Shown: positions 29,095 to 39,469, counted from the first letter of the stretch. The stretch is 64,000 nt of DNA from an uncultured Clostridia bacterium (GCA_947177795.1 CAMWVR010000001.1:6101-70100); one strand, 5' to 3'. A program made the numbers and translations. The notes: generated by a model not told the origin, from the sequence alone.

Positions 29095-29988
29095 TTAAAT
29101 ATTTGCTACGTCTTTTATGTACTTTCTCGCTTTGAGCGCATATTCAAGCGGATTTGCCTTTGCGGGGTCTTGCTCTGCCTCGACTATCATCCAGCCTTGA
29201 TAATTAGCCTTATCGAGTATATCGAATATCGGCGCAAAATCAATGCAACCGTCGCTCGGCACTGTGAACGCTCCCTCTCTCACGCCTTGCAAGAAAGAGA
29301 GTTTTTGCTCTTTGACTTTCTTCACGACTTCGGGACGGATATCCTTGAGATGCACGTGCTTTACTCTGTCTGCATACTTTGCAAGAACCGCCAAATAATC
29401 CTGACCGCAGTACGCAAGATGACCGCTGTCAAAGAGCAACGAAAATTTGTCTTTGTCAGTCATCTTCATCATTCTGTCCACTTCTTCGGCAGTCTGCACG
29501 ACGGTGCCCATGTGATGATGATATACCAAAGATATGCCCATAGAATTTGCTATCTCGCCAAGTCTGTTCATACCTTTTGCAAACATATCCCATTCGCTAT
29601 CGTTCATCACGTACTTGCAGTCAAACACGGGAGTATTCATCTGTCCCTGTATGCTGTAGCTTTGCTCTGAAGCGCCTATTCTCTTTGCTCCCATTGCCTT
29701 GAGAAAATTGCATTGAGCGACAAAGTCTTTTTCCACTTCTTCCATTGGCTTGGTCAACACGAATGACGAGAACCATTGATTTGCAATGGCAAGCCCTCTC
29801 ATATCCAAAGCCTTTTTGAGCGCCGTAGTATCCTTTGGATATTTGTTGCCAACTTCGCACCCCTCAAAGCCTGCCAACGCCATTTCGCTGACGCATTGCT
29901 CAAAGGTATTCTCCGCTCCCAAATCGGGCATATCGTCATTGGTCCAAGCTATCGGAGCAATACCGAGTTTGATATTATTCTTATTCAT
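29095..29988 (-). CDS. iolE: myo-inosose-2 dehydratase
   Basis: MNKNNIKLGIAPIAWTNDDMPDLG is the IolE N-terminal signature. AGGTGG RBS precedes the start at 29988. Confidence 0.85.
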   Translation of the reverse strand: MNKNNIKLGIAPIAWTNDDMPDLGAENTFEQCVSEMALAGFEGCEVGNKYPKDTTALKKALDMRGLAIANQWFSSFVLTKPMEEVEKDFVAQCNFLKAMGAKRIGASEQSYSIQGQMNTPVFDCKYVMNDSEWDMFAKGMNRLGEIANSMGISLVYHHHMGTVVQTAEEVDRMMKMTDKDKFSLLFDSGHLAYCGQDYLAVLAKYADRVKHVHLKDIRPEVVKKVKEQKLSFLQGVREGAFTVPSDGCIDFAPIFDILDKANYQGWMIVEAEQDPAKANPLEYALKARKYIKDVANI

Positions 29989-30007
29989 AATTCCACCTAT
30001 ATCGATT

Positions 30008-31927
30008 TTAATATTTTCTAGCCTTGTCAAGCATTTGTTTTTTCTCGGACAAAGCCTTTTCTTGCTTTTTGTTTCTCGGGTTTTGGCTGCAGCCTACGTT
30101 CCACCAACCGTCGTAACCGTGCGTCATAGACTTGGGCAATACCTTGATATCTATCAGCGTCGACGTCGTCTGCTTAAGGCTGTCGGCGATCGCCTCTTCA
30201 AGCTGTTTTTCGTTGCGTACCGTATAAGTCGCAAAGCCGTATCCTCTTGCGCTCATTGCGTAATCTATATTCAAAAACTTGCCTTCGCGTATCGGCTTGT
30301 CGCCCTCTCTGTATCTCAACTCGGTGCAAAGCGAATCCACGCCCTGTCCCATCTGCAAGTTGTTGATACATCCAAACGAAGCGTTGTCAAAAAGCAATAC
30401 GTTGATTTTTATTCCCTCTTGAATTGCCGTGACCATTTCGCTGTGCAACATAAGATAACTGCCGTCTCCCACCATTGCGTATACTTCTTTGTCTGGGCGC
30501 GCCATCTTACTTCCAAGACAGCCTGCAATCTCATATCCCATGCATGAGTAGCCGTATTCCATATTGTAGCTATCCTTTTCGTCGCTCGTCCACATTCTTT
30601 GCAGATCGCCCGGCAGACTTCCTGCCGAACCGACTATTATAGCGTCTTTGGGTATACAGCGTCTTATCACGCCAATCGCCGTCGTCTGCGCCATAGCCTC
30701 TCCGTGTTCTTTGAGGTAATCTTCCACAACTTTGGGCATATGTTCGTCGATCTCGGGCTTGTAATCCTTGCCGACGGCAATATGAGTGAGTCTGTCCATT
30801 TCTCTATCCCAAGCCTGCTTTGCGTCTGCAATTTGAGTGGTATATCCGCTCTTATAATCTCCAAGCAATTCGTCAAGAGCAAGTATGCCCGCTTTTGCGT
30901 CGCCCACGGCTTTGACAGCATCGAGTTTTGACGCATGGAACGGAGACGTATTCAAAGTAACGACCTGCTTGTCGGAATAAAGCGATTTCGACGCCGTAGT
31001 GAAGTCCGTAAATCTCGTGCCTACGGCAATGATAAGATCGCAATCTTTTGCAAGAGTGTTTGCGCTTGAGTTGCCCGTTACGCCAAGTCCGCCCACGTTT
31101 AGCGGATGCGACGACCTGATTGCGCTCTTGCCCGCCTGCGTCTCACAGAAAGGTATATTGCGTTTTTGACAGAAGTCTGCGACGACTTCGCCCGCCTCGC
31201 TGTATTTCACTCCGCCGCCCACGATAAGCAGCGGCTTCTTGCTTTTCTTTATGGCTTGCGCCAAATCGTCTAGTTCTTCCTTGACGGGCGTGGGACGAGT
31301 GATCCTATGCACTCTCTTTTTGAGGAAGTCCGTCGGAAAGTCGTATACTTCTCCCTGCACGTCTTGCGGCATGGCGATCGCTACGGCGCCCGTGTGCGCA
31401 GGATCGAGCAAAACTCGCATTGCGTTGAGCATAGCGCTCATAAGCATTTCGGGACGAGATACTCTGTCAAAATATCTACTCACCGCCTTGAATGCGTCGT
31501 TGGTCGTAACGCCTGCGTCATAAGGCTGTTCTATCTGTTGAAGCACGGGATCGGGCTGACGCGTCGCAAAAGTGTCGCCCACGAAGAGCAACAGCGGTAT
31601 GTTGTTTGCCGTAGCCGTACCTGCCGCCGTAACCATATTCGCCGCTCCGGGACCTATGGAAGACACGCAAGGCATGATCTTGCGTCTGTTGTTCTGTTTT
31701 GCGTATGCGGTAGCGACTTGCGCCATACCTTGCTCGTTTTTGCCTTGATACACTTTCAACGAATGCTTGCCCATTGACAATGCCTCGCCTATGCCAAGCA
31801 CGCAACCGTGACCGAATATCGTAAATACTCCCTCGACGAATTTATTTTCTTTGCCGTCGAAGCTCACGTATTGATTGTCCAAAAATCTGACGACTGCCTC
31901 GCCGACGCTCATTCTCTCGCTCTTCAT
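30008..31927 (-). CDS. iolD: 3D-(3,5/4)-trihydroxycyclohexane-1,2-dione acylhydrolase (ThDP-dependent)
   Basis: 639-aa ThDP enzyme (GDGSYLM motif) between iolB and iolE. Confidence 0.85.
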   Translation of the reverse strand: MKSERMSVGEAVVRFLDNQYVSFDGKENKFVEGVFTIFGHGCVLGIGEALSMGKHSLKVYQGKNEQGMAQVATAYAKQNNRRKIMPCVSSIGPGAANMVTAAGTATANNIPLLLFVGDTFATRQPDPVLQQIEQPYDAGVTTNDAFKAVSRYFDRVSRPEMLMSAMLNAMRVLLDPAHTGAVAIAMPQDVQGEVYDFPTDFLKKRVHRITRPTPVKEELDDLAQAIKKSKKPLLIVGGGVKYSEAGEVVADFCQKRNIPFCETQAGKSAIRSSHPLNVGGLGVTGNSSANTLAKDCDLIIAVGTRFTDFTTASKSLYSDKQVVTLNTSPFHASKLDAVKAVGDAKAGILALDELLGDYKSGYTTQIADAKQAWDREMDRLTHIAVGKDYKPEIDEHMPKVVEDYLKEHGEAMAQTTAIGVIRRCIPKDAIIVGSAGSLPGDLQRMWTSDEKDSYNMEYGYSCMGYEIAGCLGSKMARPDKEVYAMVGDGSYLMLHSEMVTAIQEGIKINVLLFDNASFGCINNLQMGQGVDSLCTELRYREGDKPIREGKFLNIDYAMSARGYGFATYTVRNEKQLEEAIADSLKQTTSTLIDIKVLPKSMTHGYDGWWNVGCSQNPRNKKQEKALSEKKQMLDKARKY

Positions 31928-31945
31928 AATCCCTCCTTGATCTCT

Positions 31946-32716
31946 CTATTTCTCCCAATACTCGTATCTTGGGTCGACGATTCTCGTCTTGTCCCAAGGA
32001 TTGCCGTCAAGATGTCTTATCATCCAACAGCAATACATCGGATACCCGGGGGCAGTGACCTGAACGTGCGTCTTTCCGCCGGGGAAACATCCCACGCTGC
32101 CGTCCACTATCGTATGCGGTTCGAACTCGTCTATAAAGCAAGCTCCAAATGCTTCGGGGGTGGGCATCTTGTAATAATACACCTCGGGTTGCGGATGGGA
32201 ATGGGGAAGATAGCTCCACCATCTGCCCTGTCTTGCAATGACTTCTCCCACCACGAGATTGGAATATGGAGCGTTGGAATAGTCAAACACGGTGTTGACG
32301 TCTCTCACTGCCGTATTCTCCCACAGTCCCTCGCAAGACACACTTCTTATGACGTCTTTTTTATCGTAAAACTTTGCGGGAAATTCCCTCTCGTTGGTAG
32401 TGGCAAGATATATTATCTCGCTGTCGGCAAAAGCCTTGATCGTAATAGTATTACCTCTGCACACGTGCATTGTGACGGGCAAATCCTCGAATACGTTCTT
32501 TCTTACGCCGCTACCGACGAGTTCTCCGCACTTCATTTCCACTGCGCCTTCGGTGAGAAGTACGCACATTTCCTTGTCTTTTTGACTGTACGTCACGCTC
32601 TCGCCCTTTGCGATCTTGACGACGAGGATATCCATCAGCATATCCTTGTTTTTGCCGTCCATTTTAGCAAGCGTTTTGACGCCTTTGCTATTGAATTTTG
32701 GATAATTAAAAGCCAT
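31946..32716 (-). CDS. iolB: 5-deoxy-glucuronate isomerase
   Basis: 256-aa cupin-like protein in the iolC-iolB-iolD position. The assignment is mainly by context. Confidence 0.7.
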   Translation of the reverse strand: MAFNYPKFNSKGVKTLAKMDGKNKDMLMDILVVKIAKGESVTYSQKDKEMCVLLTEGAVEMKCGELVGSGVRKNVFEDLPVTMHVCRGNTITIKAFADSEIIYLATTNEREFPAKFYDKKDVIRSVSCEGLWENTAVRDVNTVFDYSNAPYSNLVVGEVIARQGRWWSYLPHSHPQPEVYYYKMPTPEAFGACFIDEFEPHTIVDGSVGCFPGGKTHVQVTAPGYPMYCCWMIRHLDGNPWDKTRIVDPRYEYWEK

Positions 32717-32719
32717 TGT

Positions 32720-33736
32720 TTAACCTCTTGCGATCATATCGCCAAATTGTTTTTTCTCCTCTGCAATAAACTTCTCGAGTTCTTTCACAGTCGGCATAAA
32801 CTCCGAGCAACCGTGCGCCGAAACGAGCATAGACGCCGACGCCGAGCCGAGTTCCAAGCAGTCCATTATGTCTTTGCCCTCAAACATGCCGTACATAAAC
32901 GCCGATCCGTAACCGTCTCCGCCGCCGAATGACTTAAACGCCTCAACGGGGAAAGGTTTGATATTGTATTTCTTGCCGTCGCAGGTGTGCGCCGTGCTCC
33001 CCTTTTTGCCGTGTTTGATAATGACGATCTTAGCTCTTTTGCCAAACCAATATTCAGCCGTCTGCTCGTCGTTCATATCGGGCGCAAAGATTGCTTGCGT
33101 CAAATCGTATTCTTCTCTCGAGCCCATAATGATATCGGCGTGTTCAGCGACTGCCGTATAATATACCGCGATTTCGTCTTTGCTCTTCCAATTATACGCG
33201 CGATAATCTATATCGAATATTATCTTGGTATTATTTTTTTCTGCAAGCTGCATAGCCTTGAGACAAGCCTCTCTCGAAGGGCTTTGCGCAAGCGCAGTAC
33301 CTGAAATGAGAAGAGCCTTGGAGCTTGCGATATACTCTTCGTCCACTTCGGACGGATCGAGCATAAGGTCTGCGACACCGTCTCTATACATCAAAATACT
33401 GCTCTCCGACGGCGAAAGAATTTCCGTGAAGGTCAAGCCGAGTTTTTCTCCGCCCTTGGCTCTCACGACCCCGGACACGTCGATTCCTTCCTTTGCAAAA
33501 AAGTCAGTCACGTAATCGCCGAACTGATCGTCCGACACCTTGCCGATAAATCCAACTTTCTTGCCAAGCCTTGCAAGTCCCACCGCCACGTTAGCGGGCG
33601 AGCCGCCGAGATACTTGCGGTATTGCTGACTCTCCGAAAGCGGCTTGAAATAATCCAACGGATTGAAGTCTATTGCTATTCTTCCTATCAATATTAAATC
33701 GAATTTTCTGTCTTTTTCAAACGTAACGTATTGCAT
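32720..33736 (-). CDS. iolC: 5-dehydro-2-deoxygluconokinase (PfkB family)
   Basis: GGSPANVAVGLARLG and the C-terminal GGGDGYGSAF PfkB motifs. Confidence 0.85.
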   Translation of the reverse strand: MQYVTFEKDRKFDLILIGRIAIDFNPLDYFKPLSESQQYRKYLGGSPANVAVGLARLGKKVGFIGKVSDDQFGDYVTDFFAKEGIDVSGVVRAKGGEKLGLTFTEILSPSESSILMYRDGVADLMLDPSEVDEEYIASSKALLISGTALAQSPSREACLKAMQLAEKNNTKIIFDIDYRAYNWKSKDEIAVYYTAVAEHADIIMGSREEYDLTQAIFAPDMNDEQTAEYWFGKRAKIVIIKHGKKGSTAHTCDGKKYNIKPFPVEAFKSFGGGDGYGSAFMYGMFEGKDIMDCLELGSASASMLVSAHGCSEFMPTVKELEKFIAEEKKQFGDMIARG

Positions 33737-33782
33737 TTTCTACCTCTTTTAATTATGAATATGCTTGATTTATCTTTGATAT

Positions 33783-34610
33783 TTAGTCAGGCTGACACAA
33801 TTTTATGATACTCATTGCCACTTCCTGCACTGCCTCTATTGCGTACGGCAAATACGTCTTGGGATCGTAAGTCGCGTCTTTGCTTGCCAAGCCCTTTTTG
33901 AGTCCTTGCGTAAACGCCTGTCTCAAGTGAGTTGCAAAATTTATCTTGCTTATTCCTGCATTGATACAGTTTCTTATCACCTCGTCGGAAAGTCCGCTTG
34001 CTCCGTGAAGCACCAAAGGTATATCCACTGCGCCCGCAATCTCTTTTATTCTGTCGATTGCGATATGCGGCTCACCTTTATACACGCCGTGCGCGGTGCC
34101 GACGCCAATCGCCAAAGAATCTACGCCTGTCAGCTCGGCAAACTTGACGGCTTCGTCCACTTCGGTATATTTAATCTGTGCTTCCGTCTCTTCCTTGCCG
34201 CCTATAGTACCCAGTTCCGCCTCGACGCTGACGCCGCAAGAATGCGCCATATCCACGACCTGCTTGGTCAATTGCACGTTCTTATCGAACTCAAGCGCAG
34301 ATCCGTCTATCATCACCGACGTATAGCCTGCGTCTATGCAATCTTTGCAGACCTGCAAATCGCCGCCGTGATCGAGATGTATTGCCAAATCCGCGCCGCC
34401 CTTGTAATTTGCCCTGACGAGCGAAGAATACGTAGCAACGCCTCCGTATTTCAAAGTACGCGGAATAGTCTGTATAATAATGGGTTTGGATAAAGAATTT
34501 GCGGCGTTAAGCACGCCCAAAACGCTTTCGAGATTGTCGACGTTAAAAGCCGGAACGGCATAGCCTTCCCTCTTGGCTTTCAACAACAATTCGCTGCCGG
34601 TAACGATCAT
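33783..34610 (-). CDS. iolJ: class II aldolase (6-phospho-5-dehydro-2-deoxy-D-gluconate aldolase-like)
   Basis: AVPAFNVDNLES...HLDHG...LVLHGASG class II FBA-family motifs, as the first gene of the iol cluster. Confidence 0.75.
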   Translation of the reverse strand: MIVTGSELLLKAKREGYAVPAFNVDNLESVLGVLNAANSLSKPIIIQTIPRTLKYGGVATYSSLVRANYKGGADLAIHLDHGGDLQVCKDCIDAGYTSVMIDGSALEFDKNVQLTKQVVDMAHSCGVSVEAELGTIGGKEETEAQIKYTEVDEAVKFAELTGVDSLAIGVGTAHGVYKGEPHIAIDRIKEIAGAVDIPLVLHGASGLSDEVIRNCINAGISKINFATHLRQAFTQGLKKGLASKDATYDPKTYLPYAIEAVQEVAMSIIKLCQPD

Positions 34611-34754
34611 AATTGATTTCTCCCAAAATCACATTTATACTGTTATTATACTATTGCGCTTTTGTCTTGTCAATATCTAAATCAAAAAATTTTACCAAAT
34701 TCGCCATAAAATTATTTAGCAATAATTTAATAAGATTTGCCCAATTCTTGCTAT

Positions 34755-34786
34755 AAAAAGGCAAAAACATCACATTTTTGCCTTTT
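34755..34786. other. palindromic terminator-like hairpin in the iol / decarboxylase divergent region
   Basis: AAAAAGGCAAAAA-catcac-ATTTTTGCCTTTTT. There is no upstream gene to terminate on either strand. Confidence 0.45.
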
Positions 34787-34921
34787 TCAACAAATTTTAT
34801 GGACAATTTTGACCCGACTTAATCACCATAATGTCCATATTTTTTAATATCGTCCATATCCGCAAAATTTTAAGCTCGACGCAACGCTCTGCAATAATTC
34901 CCGTCCACCTAGTCGAAAGAA

Positions 34922-34950
34922 TTGACAAAAAAACTTAAGGGATATATACT
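34922..34950 (+). promoter_or_regulatory. sigma-A type promoter (TTGACA - 17 nt - TATACT)
   Basis: Consensus -35 at 34922-34927, 17-nt spacer, and -10 TATACT at 34945-34950, about 34 nt upstream of ATG 34984. Confidence 0.6.
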
Positions 34951-34983
34951 TTTAATATCATAAACATGCGGAGACTGACGACA

Positions 34984-36240
34984 ATGAAAAAAGTACCCTT
35001 TGTGACAAAACAGCAAATCGAAGAAATAACCAAGACCTATCCCACGCCGTTTCACATCTACGACGAGAAAGGCATAAGAGAAAACGCAAGACTTCTCAAA
35101 AAGGCTTTTGCCTGGAATAAGGGATTCAAGGAATATTTTGCCGTAAAGGCGACCCCAAATCCGCACATTTTGAAAGTGCTGAGAGAAGAAGGCGCAGGCG
35201 CAGACTGCTCTTCTTTGACGGAACTTATGATGAGCGACAAAGTAGGATTTAAAGGACACGAGATAATGTTTTCGTCCAACGTAACTCCCAAGGAAGACTT
35301 CCGTCTTGCCGCAAAGCTTGGAGCGATCATCAACTTTGACGACCTCACGCACATAGATTATTACAAGGACTTGGCGCCATTCCAAGACACGATGTGTTGC
35401 AGATACAATCCGGGCGGCGACTTCACACTCAACAACGAGATCATGGACACGCCCAAGGACGCAAAATACGGAATGACCAAAGAGCAAATCAAGATAGCGT
35501 ACGCAAAGCTCAAGGAATACGGCGTCAAGAACTTCGGTATACACGCATTTTTGGCAAGCAACACCGTAGGCACGGGCTATTACCCCACGCTCGCCAAGAT
35601 ACTATTCAATCTTGCGGTAGAACTCAAAAACGAAATCGGCGTACACATATCTTTCATCAACTTATCGGGCGGCGTAGGCGTACAGTACCGTCCCGACAAA
35701 GAGGGCAACGACATACTTGCGATAGGCGAAGGCGTACGCAAAGCGTATGAAGAAGTCCTTGTGCCCAACGGAATGGACGACGTGGCGATATACACCGAGC
35801 TTGGCAGATTTATGCTTGCTCCATACGGCGCATTGATAGCAAAAGTAATACACAAAAAGCATATATGGAAAGAGTACGTCGGACTTGACGCTTGCGCGGC
35901 AAACCTAATGCGACCCGCAATCTACGGCGCATACCACCATATAACGGTGCTTGGCAAGGAGAACGCTCCCCTCACTTATAAGTGCGACGTGACGGGCGGA
36001 CTGTGCGAAAACAACGACAAGTTTGCCGTCGACAGAATGTTGCCCGAGGTGGAGATAGGCGATTACGTCAACATTCACGACGCAGGCGCGCACGGATTCG
36101 CAATGGGATATAACTACAATGGCAAACTCCGCTCTGCGGAACTTCTGCTCAAAGAAGACGGAAGCGTCAAACTCATCAGAAGAGCCGAGACTCCCGAGGA
36201 CTATTTTGCCACTCTCGACTTCTCCGAGTTCAAAAAATAA
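34984..36240 (+). CDS. PLP-dependent Orn/DAP/Arg decarboxylase family protein (diaminopimelate decarboxylase-like)
   Basis: TPFHIYDE, FAVKATPNPHILKVL (PLP lysine region) and HDAGAHG. I chose the start at MKKVPF, after GGAG. Confidence 0.75.
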   Translation: MKKVPFVTKQQIEEITKTYPTPFHIYDEKGIRENARLLKKAFAWNKGFKEYFAVKATPNPHILKVLREEGAGADCSSLTELMMSDKVGFKGHEIMFSSNVTPKEDFRLAAKLGAIINFDDLTHIDYYKDLAPFQDTMCCRYNPGGDFTLNNEIMDTPKDAKYGMTKEQIKIAYAKLKEYGVKNFGIHAFLASNTVGTGYYPTLAKILFNLAVELKNEIGVHISFINLSGGVGVQYRPDKEGNDILAIGEGVRKAYEEVLVPNGMDDVAIYTELGRFMLAPYGALIAKVIHKKHIWKEYVGLDACAANLMRPAIYGAYHHITVLGKENAPLTYKCDVTGGLCENNDKFAVDRMLPEVEIGDYVNIHDAGAHGFAMGYNYNGKLRSAELLLKEDGSVKLIRRAETPEDYFATLDFSEFKK

Positions 36241-36261
36241 CACAACCAACTCTGCAAAATC

Positions 36262-36292
36262 AAAAAACCTCTGTCGGAAGACGGAGGTTTTA
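36262..36292. terminator. rho-independent terminator between convergent genes
   Basis: AAAAAACCTCTGTC-ggaa-GACGGAGGTTTT. Confidence 0.8.
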
Positions 36293-36316
36293 ATTATCTT
36301 ATTTTAATTGTATCGC

Positions 36317-37099
36317 TTACTTTTTATCCGTGAACTTGCGGACTTTCATGGCGTACTTATCCGCCGCCTTTGCATTGTCCATATATACTTTAAAAGCTCC
36401 TGCGTAGTCGGAAAGCATATCGTTTTCTCTAAAAGAATAATAGCCGTCTGCGGCGATGATGATATGGTCAATCAGCGCAATACCAAGTACTTCGGCGAGC
36501 GAGATCAGCCACCTTGTGAACTCGCAATCGTCAAACGACGGCAAGTGACTGCCCGAGGGATGATTGTGAGCAATCATGATGCAGTTGCCTTGCGAATCTG
36601 CGGTACGCAGTATAAATTCTCGGGTATTGAGCTGACATGAAGAGAGCGTACCCACGCCCACCTTACAGCTTGACAACAGCGTACCTTTTGCGCTGAGGAT
36701 AAGCATATAGATAGACTCTTCTTTGTCGCCGAGAAAGAGCCGCTGAAGATACTCCACTGCGTGGGCGACGGTATCGAGCAAAGGCTTAGCCCCAAGCTTT
36801 TGCAAATTATATCTTTTGACGATTTGCGGGAATGCGCTGAGATACAGCGCGGCGTTGCGAGTCATATTCTTGACTTCGAGAAGCACTTTGGGAGAGGCGT
36901 CGAGCACGTTTTCGAGCGAGCCGAACCTCTCTATCAGATCGTGAGCGATAGGATTGGTATCTTTGAGCGGTATCAGCGGATACAGCAAAAACTCAAGGAC
37001 CTCATGCTCGGGCATGTTTTCAATGCCTTGGCTGACGACCCGTTCTCTCATTCTGTCTCTGTGACCTTGATGAGGGTTATTTTTCTTTTGTTGCGACAT
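36317..37099 (-). CDS. radC: RadC-family JAB/MPN domain protein
   Basis: HNHPSG JAMM motif and an HhH-like region. I chose the start at MSQQKKNNPHQGHRDRMRER (37099), because the upstream 33 codons of the track ORF translate repeat cluster C. Confidence 0.85.
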   Translation of the reverse strand: MSQQKKNNPHQGHRDRMRERVVSQGIENMPEHEVLEFLLYPLIPLKDTNPIAHDLIERFGSLENVLDASPKVLLEVKNMTRNAALYLSAFPQIVKRYNLQKLGAKPLLDTVAHAVEYLQRLFLGDKEESIYMLILSAKGTLLSSCKVGVGTLSSCQLNTREFILRTADSQGNCIMIAHNHPSGSHLPSFDDCEFTRWLISLAEVLGIALIDHIIIAADGYYSFRENDMLSDYAGAFKVYMDNAKAADKYAMKVRKFTDKK

Positions 37100-37146
37100 T
37101 TTTTCTTTAGTATAGTGTAATTTATTTTTATTTAGTTTTATATCGT

Positions 37147-37382
37147 TGAGATTTCTCCATTTCGCTTCGCTCAAGCGAAATGACGTTGGCTGTGTCATTT
37201 CGAGCGTACTTCCGTGTCACCTCGAGCGTACTTCCGTGTCATTTCGAGCGTAGTCGAGAAATCTAATCATTTTATATCTTTGAGATTTCTCCACTTCACT
37301 GCGTTTCAGTCGAAATGACATTGGGTTTGTCACCTCGACATACTTCCATGTCACCTCGAGCGAAGTCGAGAGGTCTCTATCC
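37147..37382. repeat. intergenic repeat cluster C
   Basis: R unit, three truncated half-units (GTCAYYTCGAGCGTACTTCC), F unit, R unit, half-unit, then the F unit ending GGTCTCTATCC. Confidence 0.85.
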
Positions 37383-37384
37383 TT

Positions 37385-38257
37385 TTACGCCACGTCTCCG
37401 CTGTTTACCGTCACGGGCGTAGTCTTATAATTGATCTTGACTGTCTTGATGCTGTCCAAAAAATCGAGGATAGTATCCGTAGCAATTGCGCAACCGATGC
37501 CGTAGGTATCCTTATTTGCGCCTTCGATTCTTGCGTAGACTATACCGCTGATTCTGCTATACGCATTAAAAAGCGGACCTCCGCTGTTGCCGTGATTGAT
37601 ATTGCCGTCGAGAATGACTGAATCGAATTCGTCGCTTTTGCCGAGTCGCATTGCGGGCGAAGCGATTGTCAATTCTGTGAGAATGAGTCCTATGTTCTCG
37701 GGATTGCCGATAGTATAGACTCTCTGACCGTAATACAGCTCTTCTTGCGTCTCGAAGACCAGAGCCTGGAACTTACTGCCGTCGGATATGAGCGGCAGAT
37801 TGAGGGTATTGATCTTAAGCACAGCGAGGTCGGCTGAAGAGCTGAAAGCCACGAGGCTCGCCGAATACTCTTTGTTGTCGGCGAAGACCACGCTGTAATT
37901 GGCGCTCATCGGCTTATCCGAGCTGAACATAGGCGTATCGCTGCCCGTCGTGCTGTACTTGACGACGCAATGCCTGTTAGTGAGCACGTAGCCGTCTTCC
38001 GTGATGATAAAGCCGCTGCTTGCGGTGCTGACGACGGTACTTCCGTTCTTATATTCGGTAATAACGCGTACGCAGGACGCAATAGTATTATTGGCGACGA
38101 TGCTTGCCGTACGGGCGTCGTCGACCTTGCCGATGTCGATAAAAAATCTTGAGGTATCGGAACTGTTAGCCAACCAACCGTTGCACGCAGTCAGCGACAG
38201 CGTCAAAACCACGGCGATTAAGACCAATGCGATTGCAAATCCGCGCTTTTTTTTCAT
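37385..38257 (-). CDS. trypsin-like (S1C) serine protease lipoprotein
   Basis: Lipobox LSLTAC, His region LTNRHCV and Ser region GNSGGPLFN. The start MKKKRGF overlaps the upstream stop as TAATG. Confidence 0.85.
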   Translation of the reverse strand: MKKKRGFAIALVLIAVVLTLSLTACNGWLANSSDTSRFFIDIGKVDDARTASIVANNTIASCVRVITEYKNGSTVVSTASSGFIITEDGYVLTNRHCVVKYSTTGSDTPMFSSDKPMSANYSVVFADNKEYSASLVAFSSSADLAVLKINTLNLPLISDGSKFQALVFETQEELYYGQRVYTIGNPENIGLILTELTIASPAMRLGKSDEFDSVILDGNINHGNSGGPLFNAYSRISGIVYARIEGANKDTYGIGCAIATDTILDFLDSIKTVKINYKTTPVTVNSGDVA

Positions 38258-39102
38258 TATTTTGTAAGACTCCATTTTTCGATATGTACTGCTTCTTCGC
38301 CGACAGCCAAGCTCTTGATAGGCGAAAGCGTCTCGATCTCAAGCATGATATCGTTGGTATACGTCTCGATATTGCAGTTGTGATCGCCGTATTCGCCGTC
38401 GGGCGAGTTGATCTCTATAGTAAATTTCATACCCTTGATATCCACGCTGACGGGGCCGCAGGCAAACGTGCCTATCTTGATAGGTTGAGCGACGTTCTTT
38501 TGTTGCAAAGTGATAGCGTCGTTCAGAATACTAAGTCTGTCGTCTTTGAGGTCGGTATAGCTCCAAAGCGTGATATTTCTGTTGGGCAAAAGACCCGTAT
38601 CCTGCGTACTGATAGGGATATACGCCTTTGCGCCCTTATCCATGACGGAGAGCGCCCACAGAGCCACGGGCGGAGTTGCGCTCTTGCCTTTGTTGACGAA
38701 CTTATGCTCGACAGTGGCGTTGCCGTCGCCGTCCATAGCAATCTTGACGGTCTTTTGCAATCCCGTGGTGCATTCGATTTCGCTGACGAAAGTCACGCTC
38801 TCGCCCTCTTCGACGACGTCGACGGGAGCATTGTCGGGATAATACGTATCCAGGTATTCGGGACACTTCCAAAGTCTGTGACCGCCGTAAATATGCCAAA
38901 TGCCCTTGCCGGGGAGATTGGTATCGAAGTATTCGCCGCCCTTGTTGATGAGGTCTTGAGCGTCCTCATAGAATATGTTTTCTCCGCCGTCAAAGCCGTA
39001 ATAAATTACTCTCGGACCGACGTCGACGGTGACGAGCATAGTCTTGCCGCCCTTTGACAATTTTGCGCATTTTCCGTATTGTTTATAATCGATATATTGC
39101 AT
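38257..39102 (-). CDS. hypothetical protein (possibly beta-sandwich, mutarotase-like)
   Basis: I chose the start MQYIDYKQYG, after GGGAG. I can name no diagnostic motif with confidence. Confidence 0.6.
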   Translation of the reverse strand: MQYIDYKQYGKCAKLSKGGKTMLVTVDVGPRVIYYGFDGGENIFYEDAQDLINKGGEYFDTNLPGKGIWHIYGGHRLWKCPEYLDTYYPDNAPVDVVEEGESVTFVSEIECTTGLQKTVKIAMDGDGNATVEHKFVNKGKSATPPVALWALSVMDKGAKAYIPISTQDTGLLPNRNITLWSYTDLKDDRLSILNDAITLQQKNVAQPIKIGTFACGPVSVDIKGMKFTIEINSPDGEYGDHNCNIETYTNDIMLEIETLSPIKSLAVGEEAVHIEKWSLTK

Positions 39103-39313
39103 ATAATCAAGTCTCCCTTGGATTAGTTCTCTTAATCGATATTTTAACACAATCTTTTTGCAATTTCAAGACTAATAAAATTATTTTAATATAATATGGG
39201 GAAAAATATATCAAAACTTTACAAAAATAAAAGTTGCGCCCAAGGTATTGAGCGAAGTGTGAATATGGACTTCGTCTGCGGCTACCTTGAGCGCGTATTA
39301 AGGGGCTTAATTG

Positions 39314-39430
39314 TTGAGATTTCTCCACTCCGCTTCGCTCAAGCGAAATGACATTGGTTCTGTCAAGACGACGATTATGTCACCTCGACGTACTTTCCGT
39401 CACCTCGACCGCAGCGGAGAGGTCTAATCC
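39314..39430. repeat. intergenic repeat cluster D
   Basis: TTGAGATTTCTCCACTCCGCTTCGCTCAAGCGAAATGAC, then half-units, then GTCACCTCGACCGCAGCGGAGAGGTCTAATCC. Confidence 0.85.
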
Positions 39431-39436
39431 TTTTTT

Positions 39437-39469
39437 ACACCTCACCCCTCAAGGGGAGGGATGAGGTGT
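39437..39469. terminator. strong hairpin downstream of the giant surface-protein gene
   Basis: ACACCTCACCCCTC-aagg-GGAGGGATGAGGTGT. The T-run is on the plus-strand side only, so its function as the minus-strand terminator is uncertain. Confidence 0.45.

Noticed and set aside
28270-29670. Long plus-strand ORF (466 aa) and similar ones at 26201..27010, 31808..32932, 38227..39057, 39461..40735, 40910..41998 and 44054..44893
   Set aside because: They lie antisense to genes with clear family motifs (iolA/iolE, iolG, iolB/iolD, the surface protein). Their translations are Arg/His/Leu-rich low-information sequences typical of shadow ORFs in ~50% GC DNA.
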